The position numbers were made by a program, and so were the translations under genes. Below are positions 54,884 to 63,771 of a stretch of DNA of 64,000 nt, one piece after another. The first letter of the stretch is position 1; every line of letters starts with the position of its first letter. Source of the DNA: Escherichia phage DK-13; the sequence record MT611523.1, one strand, 5' to 3'. Below the pieces are notes generated by a model, which was given only the letters and a program-made list of their open reading frames with translations, did not search any database and was not told the DNA's origin.

Positions 54884-55343
54884 ATCCGAAAATTTGAGTC
54901 ATTACCTTGTACATCGATTTGCCCATCACATACTGCCATTGACTCGGTTTAATCAGAGCAAATGCATCGAACTCTGGAACCGAACTACCATCCGGGAAGG
55001 TATGATAGGCAGAGCATTTACTATGTCTGAACTGCTCATGCTCGACCGGAACCGTGTACAGAAACAGGTGAAGATTTTTGTTATCTGAATAACGGAATTC
55101 ACCCAGGTCCTTTAAGAATGCTGGGTCATATTGGGTAAACCCGGTTTCTTCTTCGGTTTCACGGATAGCAGCTTCAATCGGGGATTCACCAGCTTCAACA
55201 TGACCCTTAGGGATGTCCCATTTGTGTGCAGGCATACCTGGTTTACGAGAACCAGTCACACGACCCATGAATAACTCTTTATCTTCAGTCATGAAAATAA
55301 TACCAGCAGATAATTCTTTCACCTTGTTTTTCTTACTCATCAT
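54882..55343 (-). CDS. nudE: Nudix hydrolase NudE
   Basis: Nudix box GHVEAGESPIEAAIRETEEETGF; internal Met chosen (ORF track begins 42 codons upstream); adjacent to e as in T4. Confidence 0.8.
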   Translation of the reverse strand: MMSKKNKVKELSAGIIFMTEDKELFMGRVTGSRKPGMPAHKWDIPKGHVEAGESPIEAAIRETEEETGFTQYDPAFLKDLGEFRYSDNKNLHLFLYTVPVEHEQFRHSKCSAYHTFPDGSSVPEFDAFALIKPSQWQYVMGKSMYKVMTQIFG

Positions 55344-55569
55344 CGCGTTCCCAAGATTTTTTAAAGATTTCAGCCATAATAATTTCGATGCGTGTTTCTG
55401 TTGAAGGCGATTCACTATCAGAAGTTTGAACTCTGTATTCAGAAATCGGGCAGAACAAGTCCAGGTCAATTTCTAAATCATCTTTGATTTCAATTTCGGG
55501 TGTACCTGTATCATAGGAATACAGATAAGAATCACATGACTCAGATTTAATATAAATTGCAATACTCAT
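55333..55569 (-). CDS. hypothetical acidic protein (78 aa)
   Basis: co-oriented ORF. Confidence 0.4.
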   Translation of the reverse strand: MSIAIYIKSESCDSYLYSYDTGTPEIEIKDDLEIDLDLFCPISEYRVQTSDSESPSTETRIEIIMAEIFKKSWERDDE

Positions 55570-56150
55570 TTACGGCATTCCTCAATAAAAGAATTTAATG
55601 TATTTTTCTTAGCGATATCGTCGTATACCTTTTTAACTTTAGAAATACGAAAAGGTACTTCAATAGCCATAGTCCATAAAAATGATGCAATAAGACCTAA
55701 GATAGCGGCAGAAATCGCTGAAGCGAATACACAAATAGGCAGGTCGTTATCTGTTGTCAGGAAAAACCCTAGGAGTGGGAAAAATAATATCCCCATCCAA
55801 ACATAGAACCTAGAACTCACTAATTTGTCATATTCATCACTCCAGGTACGAAATCCATATTTCTTACTATAAGAAATTAATGGGTCGGGTGTCTGTTCTT
55901 TGAGTGGTTCCGGTTGATACCCATTAACAATATATCCCATTTTATATTCCTTAATTAAAAGCTCTTTCACATGACGATTACATCGCGACCAATCAACGTT
56001 TTCAACCTTGATTCCTTCATCACCATCATCAAGGTCCGCCCAATATCTTTTGGTAATCATAAATTCGTCTCTTGAGACAATAATTCCGGCATTTTCTGGG
56101 CGACGGATGAAGTTTACATCAACACCCATACAACCAGGTTCATACAGCAT
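55566..56150 (-). CDS. membrane protein (194 aa)
   Basis: co-oriented ORF; two C-terminal TM helices. Confidence 0.45.
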   Translation of the reverse strand: MLYEPGCMGVDVNFIRRPENAGIIVSRDEFMITKRYWADLDDGDEGIKVENVDWSRCNRHVKELLIKEYKMGYIVNGYQPEPLKEQTPDPLISYSKKYGFRTWSDEYDKLVSSRFYVWMGILFFPLLGFFLTTDNDLPICVFASAISAAILGLIASFLWTMAIEVPFRISKVKKVYDDIAKKNTLNSFIEECRK

Positions 56151-56836
56151 TACCAGCCCTCCATAGGGAATTCCAGATAAACTTGAGCATTAACGCGGAT
56201 TTCGTTTGTAATCTTTTTAACACGGTCAGTGTTACGAGATACACGACCAAACCAACGCCAACCGTTACTTACTGCGCGAGAACCTGTATGCCATGTCTGC
56301 CAATCAAACTGGAGCAACGTGCGGTCAGGAGCATCCCACTTGGTTAATTCATTGGACTCAATTTTTTCCAGAACTTCTTTATGCCACTGGCGATAGATAA
56401 GTTCGCCTTCAGGAATCTGACTAAATTGCGCAGTTCCGGTTGCAAAATAAGTAGGACACACATCAGCGTTAACAAGACCAAGAATATGTTCAGAATGGTA
56501 ACGAGGATTATCATAATCAGGTTGCCCTGCGGTAATAAAGTGTTGACCAACCGGAATATCCGGGCGTGGTACATCATCATGGTGATAACCTGGGATAGCG
56601 GGGTACCAACCAGGCATCAGCATATGAACCCGAGAATCAAATACAACCTGGTCGGTGTTCCAATCATCCGGCAGACTCATGATAAAGCTACGAGTAATAG
56701 GGCCACCATTGTCAAAAGCGAAAGCCAATGAGCTGTTAAAGAACATAGTTTCGTTTTTGATTTTATCATTAGAAATTTTACCAGCGAAACTGCCTACTGC
56801 ATGAGCTTGAGAATTAAAAGTTTTTGGACCGTTCAT
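56150..56836 (-). CDS. hypothetical protein (228 aa)
   Basis: ATG 56834-56836 after class-A-variant leader; His/Asp-rich patch YHHDD. Confidence 0.5.
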   Translation of the reverse strand: MNGPKTFNSQAHAVGSFAGKISNDKIKNETMFFNSSLAFAFDNGGPITRSFIMSLPDDWNTDQVVFDSRVHMLMPGWYPAIPGYHHDDVPRPDIPVGQHFITAGQPDYDNPRYHSEHILGLVNADVCPTYFATGTAQFSQIPEGELIYRQWHKEVLEKIESNELTKWDAPDRTLLQFDWQTWHTGSRAVSNGWRWFGRVSRNTDRVKKITNEIRVNAQVYLEFPMEGW

Positions 56837-56863
56837 AATATTTTCCTCATTGATTGTGGGACC

Positions 56864-56892
56864 ATTGTGTCATAGCCCCACTTGGATGTACA
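56864..56892 (-). promoter_or_regulatory. early promoter with class-A-variant leader
   Basis: -35 TGTACA (56887-56892), 17-nt spacer, -10 CACAAT, leader ...CAATCAATGAGGA. Confidence 0.45.
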
Positions 56893-56895
56893 CAA

Positions 56896-57855
56896 TTATT
56901 TTTCGAAAGGGCGAATTAAATGCTGGTTAGCTTTGAAACGTTTAACATAGTCTTCGTGACCCAGGGTGTTATACATATTAACCACTTCCTGGTAATGTTC
57001 CCAGGCATACTCACGGAACCATCCAGAAGTAATGGAGGTGCAGACTTTTTCCAGCGCAATATGGAAGCTCACGGATGGAGAGATATTGAACTCATTGGGA
57101 ACCTGCGAACGCTCCAGAGCAAGTACACATGCTTCTTCATAAACCCCTGCCAGTTTAATAATCTCAGGGAGTGCTTCAAATTTTTCACGCGAGGTCATAA
57201 CTTCTGAATCATCTTTCATATAGAACTTATATGCAGGCTTATCAGCAAGCGCCACGGCCTCGTGGATGGAGTCATGGTCAAGGGTATAGATTGTATCATT
57301 AAAGAAAGTTTTCTTGCCCACGTCTAGTTTAGGGTGACTATATGACAATGTTTCTGCCTGGCGCTGCAGCATGATTTTATGCAGTTCGTCATTAAGAACA
57401 ACACCCTTATTGCGAAGGTAATTAATATGACTCATAGTCTTCAGGAAGAATGGATTGTTCTTCAGGTAACGATGAGACAATTTAATTGCCAGACAAATAT
57501 CAGGAGTCGCCCAATAGAAACCTGTAAGACGGTCTTTCTTAATATGATTTTCAGCGTATTTCAAGAGACGATAACTTGAGGTAAAATCTTCCTCTTGCAA
57601 CTCATCAGTCAGCTCACGAACGCTTGTCAGCGCGCGGACAATGTACGCTTCAAAATAGGTTTCTTTACCATTGTGCATACATTTAAAAGCTTGGACATCA
57701 GGGTTATCCACAGGAACATGAGCACCGAACATACGTGCTTTAAAGTGGTTCCAGGAGCCCTGGTCAGCGATAAAGTCCCAATCAGAGTTTTCAATTTTCT
57801 GACTTTCAATCAGACCAGAGTTATGTAATGCACGAGAACCAATAACTAACATCAT
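56896..57855 (-). CDS. hypothetical protein (319 aa)
   Basis: long co-oriented ORF with own class-A promoter. Confidence 0.5.
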   Translation of the reverse strand: MMLVIGSRALHNSGLIESQKIENSDWDFIADQGSWNHFKARMFGAHVPVDNPDVQAFKCMHNGKETYFEAYIVRALTSVRELTDELQEEDFTSSYRLLKYAENHIKKDRLTGFYWATPDICLAIKLSHRYLKNNPFFLKTMSHINYLRNKGVVLNDELHKIMLQRQAETLSYSHPKLDVGKKTFFNDTIYTLDHDSIHEAVALADKPAYKFYMKDDSEVMTSREKFEALPEIIKLAGVYEEACVLALERSQVPNEFNISPSVSFHIALEKVCTSITSGWFREYAWEHYQEVVNMYNTLGHEDYVKRFKANQHLIRPFEK

Positions 57856-57883
57856 AATATTTTCCTCATTAGTTGACGAGATA

Positions 57884-57912
57884 ATGATACTACGTTTCTT
57901 TAGACTTGTATA
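57884..57912 (-). promoter_or_regulatory. early promoter with class-A leader
   Basis: -35 TATACA (57907-57912), 17-nt spacer, -10 TATCAT, leader TCTCGTCAACTAATGAGGA. Confidence 0.45.
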
Positions 57913-57956
57913 CTAAATCTTGTACATAATTTTCTTATCACATCCTTGTGATTAAA

Positions 57957-58184
57957 TTATTTTCCTAACGAAATACGAGTAGGTTTTTTGCCAAAATATT
58001 CTTCATAAGAACCATCTAAACGACCCGCTTTAGACCGACAGTATGAATCGTACTTTTTGTAATAAGTCATCTCAGTATTATAACGCGGGTGTCTATCAGC
58101 CATAATAATACTTAATGGCCAACCTTTGGCATAATCGCGAAGACCATTTATTTTACTAATGTATCTTTTCTTTAATTTTAGCAT
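57957..58184 (-). CDS. hypothetical protein (75 aa)
   Basis: co-oriented ORF. Confidence 0.4.
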   Translation of the reverse strand: MLKLKKRYISKINGLRDYAKGWPLSIIMADRHPRYNTEMTYYKKYDSYCRSKAGRLDGSYEEYFGKKPTRISLGK

Positions 58185-58402
58185 GAGCTCGGGTACCAGA
58201 TTTTACCGTCGGCGCGGGCAACGAAGGTACGACCAGCTTCTTCGCCGTAACAAGAGCTATTCAGCCAATCTTCAAGACGAACTTCACCGTCATAATCATC
58301 TAGCTCAACACCAAAATCCTGAGCAGAAGCCATATCTTTTACTTTCTTATACAGGGCAGCCAGTTCAAGAGCAGCTTTTTCTAATTCGTTAATATCAGTC
58401 AT
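58178..58402 (-). CDS. hypothetical acidic protein (74 aa)
   Basis: co-oriented ORF. Confidence 0.4.
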   Translation of the reverse strand: MTDINELEKAALELAALYKKVKDMASAQDFGVELDDYDGEVRLEDWLNSSCYGEEAGRTFVARADGKIWYPSSC

Positions 58403-58411
58403 TTTTATTCC

Positions 58412-58624
58412 TTAGCATTCGTAAGAGGAGGACACCCAAGAGGTACCACTAATTGTAATACAACCATTATAAAGCGTAATATGTCGTTCTAGGTCACGAA
58501 CACCATCAATGTAGATATCAGCTTCTTCGCGTTCTTCTTTACAAATCTGGATAACGTTTTCAATAGCTGCCGCGGCAGTACGGATTGCACAATCTAATTC
58601 ACGAGACATATAATTCCTTAACAT
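58412..58624 (-). CDS. small protein, WVSSSxxC paralogue 1 (70 aa)
   Basis: C-terminus SWVSSSYEC shared with the two next ORFs. Confidence 0.45.
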   Translation of the reverse strand: MLRNYMSRELDCAIRTAAAAIENVIQICKEEREEADIYIDGVRDLERHITLYNGCITISGTSWVSSSYEC

Positions 58625-58899
58625 TCAGAAGAGGAGGACACCCAACCGCCATTTTCCAGGTCAGTTGTATAGTCATGAGTGTTAACAATAGCCCATTCAG
58701 GATGGCCATATTCTTCCCAATGGGCAAGGTCAGCTTTCAAGGCACCAAGAGAATAATAGTCACCGCCCATACCGCGAGCAGGGTATATATTAAAATGAGT
58801 CTCATATTTGTTTGCAATTTCCTCGGCACGCCGAATAGCTTTATGGATGTCATTTACTGCGTTAGCCAGTTCTTTATTTTTACGGTAATCATTCACCAT
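58618..58899 (-). CDS. small protein, WVSSSxxC paralogue 2 (93 aa)
   Basis: C-terminus GWVSSSSEC. Confidence 0.45.
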   Translation of the reverse strand: MVNDYRKNKELANAVNDIHKAIRRAEEIANKYETHFNIYPARGMGGDYYSLGALKADLAHWEEYGHPEWAIVNTHDYTTDLENGGWVSSSSEC

Positions 58900-58908
58900 A
58901 ACGTTTCC

Positions 58909-59199
58909 TTAGCACATTGCCGAAGAGGAGACCCAAGCACCAACTGTAACGACACCGTTTTCAACTTCACCGCCGTTGTTTTCAATTTCATCTTTAAACC
59001 ACTGGGAGCATTCATAACCGACAGGATAATATGTACGGCCTGAACCATAATCACCGGTACCGAATTGGATACCATATTCATCTGCGATTTCTTCGCAGTG
59101 TTTTTCAATTTCAGAGGTCTTATTTAGAAGAGAATAGATGGCTTTTTCTGCAGATTTCTCATCATAATACTTGGGGATAGCAATTTCAATTTTATTCAT
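58909..59199 (-). CDS. small protein, WVSSSxxC paralogue 3 (96 aa)
   Basis: C-terminus AWVSSSAMC. Confidence 0.45.
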   Translation of the reverse strand: MNKIEIAIPKYYDEKSAEKAIYSLLNKTSEIEKHCEEIADEYGIQFGTGDYGSGRTYYPVGYECSQWFKDEIENNGGEVENGVVTVGAWVSSSAMC

Positions 59200-59642
59200 G
59201 ATTTACATTCCTTAATAAAGGTTTCAAGGTCATTACGTTTTGTTTTGTCTAGGAACTTATTATACTCAGCCATTGCCGAAGCATATCTCTTACGGCTAGG
59301 AGCATTCACTGCATTTGTGTGACAGATATCATAAACAACCGGGATAAAATAAGCCACAACAGCCGGAGCAATTATCATAAAGAAGCCCATCTCAATAGGC
59401 ATGACTCCCTCGATTGCAGCCATAACCGTGGTCATTACCAGACCAACCAAACCACCGAGCATACCGGTGACAATTCCCAATAATAAATTGCCGCCAATAT
59501 CATATTCAGCCAATTGATAAACATGTGATGCAAGACTAGGCCGTTCCATTACGAACCTCCTTAATAAATTCTTCGGCACATTTAATTTTGTGCTCTTCTT
59601 GTAGGGAAACACATTTTTGTTCCCACGCTTTAACTCGCCCAC
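59196..59642 (-). CDS. membrane protein (148 aa)
   Basis: co-oriented ORF with three TM helices. Confidence 0.4.
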   Translation of the reverse strand: MGELKRGNKNVFPYKKSTKLNVPKNLLRRFVMERPSLASHVYQLAEYDIGGNLLLGIVTGMLGGLVGLVMTTVMAAIEGVMPIEMGFFMIIAPAVVAYFIPVVYDICHTNAVNAPSRKRYASAMAEYNKFLDKTKRNDLETFIKECKS

Positions 59643-59931
59643 GATAACCTTTATTCATATGATTTTGATGCCACACGTTTATCAATATCATGCTCAGGAC
59701 TGTAATAAAAGGTGCTGCAATTATTAGTGACCAGGCGACTCCAACACTGATAATATCCATATCCCCACAAACCACCATCATTATAACCCCAACAATGCAC
59801 ATGGACAAAGCTCCAAATGGAGGCATAAGGTCTTTATCAATCTTGTCTGCGTATACAAATTTTTCTGGTTTACTTGGCAGATATAACGTTCGCATTTTGA
59901 ACCCCTTTAGCATATTCACGACATTCAGCAA
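59536..59931 (-). CDS. membrane protein (131 aa)
   Basis: co-oriented ORF with TM helices; overlaps neighbours at both ends, start uncertain. Confidence 0.35.
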   Translation of the reverse strand: MLNVVNMLKGFKMRTLYLPSKPEKFVYADKIDKDLMPPFGALSMCIVGVIMMVVCGDMDIISVGVAWSLIIAAPFITVLSMILINVWHQNHMNKGYRGRVKAWEQKCVSLQEEHKIKCAEEFIKEVRNGTA

Positions 59932-60442
59932 TAAAACGATTAAGCTTACGTTTCCGTTTACGACCCTCTAATGTATACTCAGCCGCCAAATCAAGAAGCT
60001 CATCTTTATCATAATTTTTAATATCAGTATAAGTTGGGCGGCGGTCAACCATTCCAAAGTGGTCACCATTTTCCAACATCAAATAACACACCAAATGGTC
60101 ATCATCGTCCGCATTAATAAGCTGCTTATAATCACTTGGTTCATTTAACGCATACACAGAATAACTCAGCCCAGCGAATTCCACTCGTTGAATACCCAGA
60201 TTTACGTCAATAATTTCCAAGGCATCTGCAAAAGAAAGGTCTTCAGCTAAAGCAAAAATAAAAGGCAATTTGGTAGTATCGCCGCGACTTGTTGTTCTTC
60301 TTAAGAAATCATTGGAATAGCCCAAGTCGCGGCGGATTCTATAAAGAACTGTGTTAGTTTCAGTGGCAAGACCACTACCGCCAAACCATTCCACATTTGA
60401 TAAAAGATTATCATATAAAGTCATAATTTTCTCCTCTCCCAA
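59870..60442 (-). CDS. hypothetical protein (190 aa)
   Basis: co-oriented ORF. Confidence 0.45.
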   Translation of the reverse strand: MGEEKIMTLYDNLLSNVEWFGGSGLATETNTVLYRIRRDLGYSNDFLRRTTSRGDTTKLPFIFALAEDLSFADALEIIDVNLGIQRVEFAGLSYSVYALNEPSDYKQLINADDDDHLVCYLMLENGDHFGMVDRRPTYTDIKNYDKDELLDLAAEYTLEGRKRKRKLNRFIAECREYAKGVQNANVISAK

Positions 60443-60466
60443 TTAGGGGGCTTTGCCCCCTTTATC

Positions 60467-61060
60467 TTACTTAAGTGAATTAATGTATTCTTCAATGTCA
60501 GCGGACGTGGTATCCACACCAACCTGTGGGCCTTTGAAGGTTTCAACACGCATCAGAGTGTCTTCAATATCAATCTTAGTCAATGCAGCGATTTCAACAA
60601 CATCATCTGCAGTCGCAATACCCAGGGCAGATACCTTACGGGTTTCGCGGATGTATTCCAGTTTAACAGCTAGTTCCTGACGAGAATCATCCAACTCTTT
60701 AACTTTCAATTTAATTTCATTACGCATTTCAACATAATCATCTGCCTTCTTACGAAGTTGTTTAGCAGTACGACGATACAGGAGACCCAGTTTAGCATGG
60801 ACCTGGACATCCGCACCATCAGCAATCAGTTTGCGGATTTCACGCTCTTTTGAAGCGGCGAGTTGGTCTTTTTCATTCGCTAACTCACGGATGCGTTTTT
60901 CTTCATTAACCGACTTAACGTGGGCGGTCTGGAGCTCAGTAATCTTGTCAATCAGGGTAGACGCTGCTTGAGTATATTGGTCTTCAATAGACAGATTTTT
61001 TGTCATTGCAGTACCCAGTTTGGAGCGGATGAATTCAACAAGTTTCTTTAAAGTATTCAT
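60467..61060 (-). CDS. coiled-coil protein, possibly PspA/IM30-like (197 aa)
   Basis: continuous heptad-rich helical sequence of PspA-like length. Confidence 0.3.
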   Translation of the reverse strand: MNTLKKLVEFIRSKLGTAMTKNLSIEDQYTQAASTLIDKITELQTAHVKSVNEEKRIRELANEKDQLAASKEREIRKLIADGADVQVHAKLGLLYRRTAKQLRKKADDYVEMRNEIKLKVKELDDSRQELAVKLEYIRETRKVSALGIATADDVVEIAALTKIDIEDTLMRVETFKGPQVGVDTTSADIEEYINSLK

Positions 61061-61126
61061 GGTATTTCCTTCAGTTGGTTAATATTTTATTATCCAATGT
61101 TTTATTGTGTAACTCAGTATGGAATC

Positions 61127-61155
61127 ATTATGCCTTAAAGCAGGGGGCTTGTATA
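61127..61155 (-). promoter_or_regulatory. early promoter with class-B leader; -35 in hairpin loop
   Basis: -35 TATACA (61150-61155) inside the GGGGG...CCCCC hairpin, 17-nt spacer, -10 CATAAT. Confidence 0.5.
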
Positions 61156-61167
61156 CCCCCTTTTGAA

Positions 61168-61611
61168 TTAAATTTCAAATTCTTTGCGGAAGTTGGAAGC
61201 ATAAGACTGAACTGATGCTTTGTTGAATCCAAACTCACGCACAATCATATCAATAACAGCTCTGCGAGCAGCACCATTAGACATATTAACAGTTTTGAAC
61301 ATATCATAGCATAAATCTTTGTTGCTCATACCGGAGCGTTTAGGTGCCTTACGTTCAGCTTTTGGTTCAGTCTTAGGAGTAGGTTTAACTTCTGGTTTAA
61401 CCTGTCCATCATTCAGACCTTTAAAAATTTTACCTGCCAGAGTTGCCAGTTTAGCAGCTTCGCCACGAGTGATACCAAATACTGCCGGGTTAAATGAAAT
61501 ACCTTCAGCTGTCAGACGTTTGAAGAACATACGTGCGGCGGATTGTGCTTCAGCTTCAGAAGAGTTGTTTAATGCCAGTTTAATGTACTTAACCAGTTTT
61601 GAAGTTTTCAT
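61168..61611 (-). CDS. hypothetical protein (147 aa), paralogous C-terminal domain
   Basis: C-terminal block NGAARRAVIDMIV...VQSYASNFRK shared with ORF 62064-62489. Confidence 0.45.
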   Translation of the reverse strand: MKTSKLVKYIKLALNNSSEAEAQSAARMFFKRLTAEGISFNPAVFGITRGEAAKLATLAGKIFKGLNDGQVKPEVKPTPKTEPKAERKAPKRSGMSNKDLCYDMFKTVNMSNGAARRAVIDMIVREFGFNKASVQSYASNFRKEFEI

Positions 61612-61653
61612 TTTATTATCCCGTTTGTTTATTTGGTAACTCAGTATGGAATC

Positions 61654-61682
61654 ATTATGTCTTAGTTAAATTCCAAAGTACA
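61654..61682 (-). promoter_or_regulatory. early promoter with class-B leader
   Basis: -35 TGTACT (61677-61682), 17-nt spacer, -10 CATAAT. Confidence 0.45.
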
Positions 61683-61684
61683 CA

Positions 61685-61981
61685 TTAATTTTCAGAAGTT
61701 GGGAAATAAACTTCAAAGTCATACATGTTTACTACCGCAGACGCGATTGCCTGGTACTGCATACCTAAGAAAGTTTTCTTATTCTTGCGCCACAAGTTAA
61801 CCATTTCTGTTTTGATGCATGCCAGGGAATAGTTGGATGCAGGATACTGTTTGATGATTGCAACAACTTCTTCAGAAGCAGTTTCACACAATTCATTCAG
61901 TTGAGCTTCAATTTTAGCAGAAATGATTGCTTTGTTTTCTTCTTGAGCTTGGGTAGCGTGCCATGCAGGTGCGTTAAACAT
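61685..61981 (-). CDS. hypothetical protein (98 aa)
   Basis: co-oriented ORF with class-B promoter. Confidence 0.45.
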   Translation of the reverse strand: MFNAPAWHATQAQEENKAIISAKIEAQLNELCETASEEVVAIIKQYPASNYSLACIKTEMVNLWRKNKKTFLGMQYQAIASAVVNMYDFEVYFPTSEN

Positions 61982-62022
61982 TTTATTCTCCAGTGTTTTA
62001 TTTGGTAACTCAGTATGGGATA

Positions 62023-62051
62023 ATTATACACTATCCCACCTGGAAGTAAAA
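62023..62051 (-). promoter_or_regulatory. early promoter with class-B leader
   Basis: -35 TTTTAC (62046-62051), 17-nt spacer, -10 TATAAT (62023-62028). Confidence 0.45.
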
Positions 62052-62063
62052 CACTTTTCTCAA

Positions 62064-62489
62064 TTATTTTTGAGCTTTGCGGAAGTTGGAAGCATAAGAC
62101 TGAACAACAGTCTTTTTGATATCATGGGTGTTAACCAGAACATCAATCAGGGCGCGGCGAGCTGCACCATCTGCCATATCAATTTCTGCAAATGCCTGGA
62201 AGCAAATGTCGCGGGCGTTACCAGATTTAGACTGGATTTTTTCTTCTTTAACTTCTTCAATTGGGAATTCAATCATTTCAGCTTGGATTAATTCAATGAT
62301 AGATTCTTTTGACTGTTTGGTGTTTACCTTCAGTTCAGAATTAAGGGACTTGGCGATGGCAACAATCTGGGTTGAAGTCAGATGAATAAGTGCATCTTCA
62401 CGAATGCAGATTTCACATACTTCGTCAGCAACCATTTTGTTGGTGATGCGGGTAACAGAGAATGCAGAGGTCAGGGTCAGAAAGTTCAT
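62064..62489 (-). CDS. hypothetical protein (about 141 aa), paralogous C-terminal domain
   Basis: start at MNFLTL (ORF-track start 62570 overlaps the promoter -35); C-terminal DGAARRALIDVLV...VQSYASNFRK. Confidence 0.45.
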   Translation of the reverse strand: MNFLTLTSAFSVTRITNKMVADEVCEICIREDALIHLTSTQIVAIAKSLNSELKVNTKQSKESIIELIQAEMIEFPIEEVKEEKIQSKSGNARDICFQAFAEIDMADGAARRALIDVLVNTHDIKKTVVQSYASNFRKAQK

Positions 62490-62540
62490 TTTATTTCTCC
62501 AAAGTTTTGTTTGATTCAGTGTGTAACTCAGTATGGAATC

Positions 62541-62569
62541 ATTATGCATCCAGTCAATTCGGATGTACA
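62541..62569 (-). promoter_or_regulatory. early promoter with class-B leader
   Basis: -35 TGTACA (62564-62569), 17-nt spacer, -10 CATAAT (62541-62546). Confidence 0.5.
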
Positions 62570-62604
62570 CTACTTTTTGAAGAAAATTTCAAATTTATTC
62601 GGGG

Positions 62605-62629
62605 TATAAAAAAGCCCGCATTGCGGGCT
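62605..62629 (-). terminator. rho-independent terminator
   Basis: GCCCGCA-TT-GCGGGC hairpin followed by TTTTTT on minus strand. Confidence 0.55.
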
Positions 62630-62630
62630 G

Positions 62631-63185
62631 TTAGTTCTTATAAAAGCGGAACGGATTTATATGAAAGGCGAGCATAGCCTTAGGGATTGGTCGGGACAGA
62701 AGACTCTTGAGCTTCCAGCCACAATAAACGCGCAGATAAAAGGTGATTCCACCGACCTTGAGATAAGGAACAGAAGCAAAAACACCCCAGGCATTATCCG
62801 TCCACATAAAGAGCCATCCGTGATGAGCTTTATCCGGGGAGCCGGATTCAACATCAGGATTACCTTTATAATGGAATTCTGAATTGCAATCACGACCGAG
62901 CTTGTGGTAAGCAAAATTGTATGCTTTGTTTCGCCAGAGCCAAGCCACTCGTTGGAAGTAAACACCTAACGGCCATTTTCGGATTTTTGACCAACGCTCG
63001 ATATGACCCCGGTCGCCATCAATCGGATTATCATAAGTCATCATCCAATCAAACCCGAACGGAAGTTTACCAGTCTTTTTATTATGGAACGGAACTACAA
63101 ATGGAGCCAGGATAACGGCCAGAATCATGGAGATAAAATCCAGTGGAACTAACAGAATCCAACTCAAATATTTTAACAGTTTCAT
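62631..63185 (-). CDS. membrane-anchored protein (about 184 aa)
   Basis: start at MKLLKYLSW with N-terminal TM helix; late-like TATAAATC about 20 nt upstream. Confidence 0.45.
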   Translation of the reverse strand: MKLLKYLSWILLVPLDFISMILAVILAPFVVPFHNKKTGKLPFGFDWMMTYDNPIDGDRGHIERWSKIRKWPLGVYFQRVAWLWRNKAYNFAYHKLGRDCNSEFHYKGNPDVESGSPDKAHHGWLFMWTDNAWGVFASVPYLKVGGITFYLRVYCGWKLKSLLSRPIPKAMLAFHINPFRFYKN

Positions 63186-63206
63186 ACGTTTCTCTTTAGT
63201 TGATTT

Positions 63207-63237
63207 ATAAAAAAGCCCCAACCTTTCGGAAGGGGCT
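63207..63237 (-). terminator. rho-independent terminator overlapping a late-like promoter
   Basis: AGCCCC...GGGGCT hairpin followed by TTTTTTATAAATC on minus strand. Confidence 0.45.
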
Positions 63238-63274
63238 ATACCTTGTCGGGGTTCCACCTGCAAGGCAAGTGTTC

Positions 63275-63658
63275 TTATCCGCGAGCGAATGCCATTGCAG
63301 CGCGTTCGTTGGCACGGTCAGTGATGTTCAAGAATTTATCACGAGCGATTTCGATTGGAGCACCAACCCAGTCAGCAGCACCATTACCTGGAGACTGTTT
63401 AGGGCGAACCATATAAGTTGAAACTTTGGAACCGGCTAGTTTGGCACCTGGTGCCGCGGCATTTTTAACGTCTTTAGCTTTGATGCCAAACCCAGTTACG
63501 ATACCCCAAGAAACACCATTAACGGGTTTCTTGAACATAACACGGTCACCAATTGAAACACCGGCTTTTTCTGGAGCCACTAAAGAAAATTTGCCAGCTT
63601 CAGTCAGTACGGATTCGGTGATGGTATTGCGATTTAAAAATTCTGCATATGTAAGCAT
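63275..63658 (-). CDS. internal-protein-like protein with CTS-like N-terminus (127 aa)
   Basis: starts MLTYAEFLNRNTITE (two I/L-x-E sites); exact TATAAATA 32 nt upstream. Confidence 0.45.
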   Translation of the reverse strand: MLTYAEFLNRNTITESVLTEAGKFSLVAPEKAGVSIGDRVMFKKPVNGVSWGIVTGFGIKAKDVKNAAAPGAKLAGSKVSTYMVRPKQSPGNGAADWVGAPIEIARDKFLNITDRANERAAMAFARG

Positions 63659-63689
63659 TTTGTTTTTCCATTATTAGGGTTGTTGTTAA

Positions 63690-63697
63690 TATTTATA
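63690..63697 (-). promoter_or_regulatory. T4-type late promoter TATAAATA
   Basis: exact TATAAATA on minus strand upstream of ORF 63275-63658. Confidence 0.5.
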
Positions 63698-63703
63698 TTC
63701 CAT

Positions 63704-63771
63704 AGTACCGGATGCACCATCCGCTCGGATTTCTCATACTACCGGGCGCACCGCCCGCTCTGGAAAAACTC
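63704..63771. repeat. tandem ~34-nt repeat, each unit carrying a 13-bp palindrome
   Basis: GGATGCACCATCC (63710-63722) and GGGCGCACCGCCC (63744-63756), each followed by GCTC(T)GGA; arms differ but stay complementary. Confidence 0.6.

Noticed and set aside
56150-56836. 2-oxoglutarate/Fe(II) oxygenase assignment for the 228-aa protein with a YHHDD patch
   Set aside because: A His/Asp cluster alone is not diagnostic; spacing to a distal His and Arg could not be matched confidently to the HxD...H...RxS pattern. Left as hypothetical.
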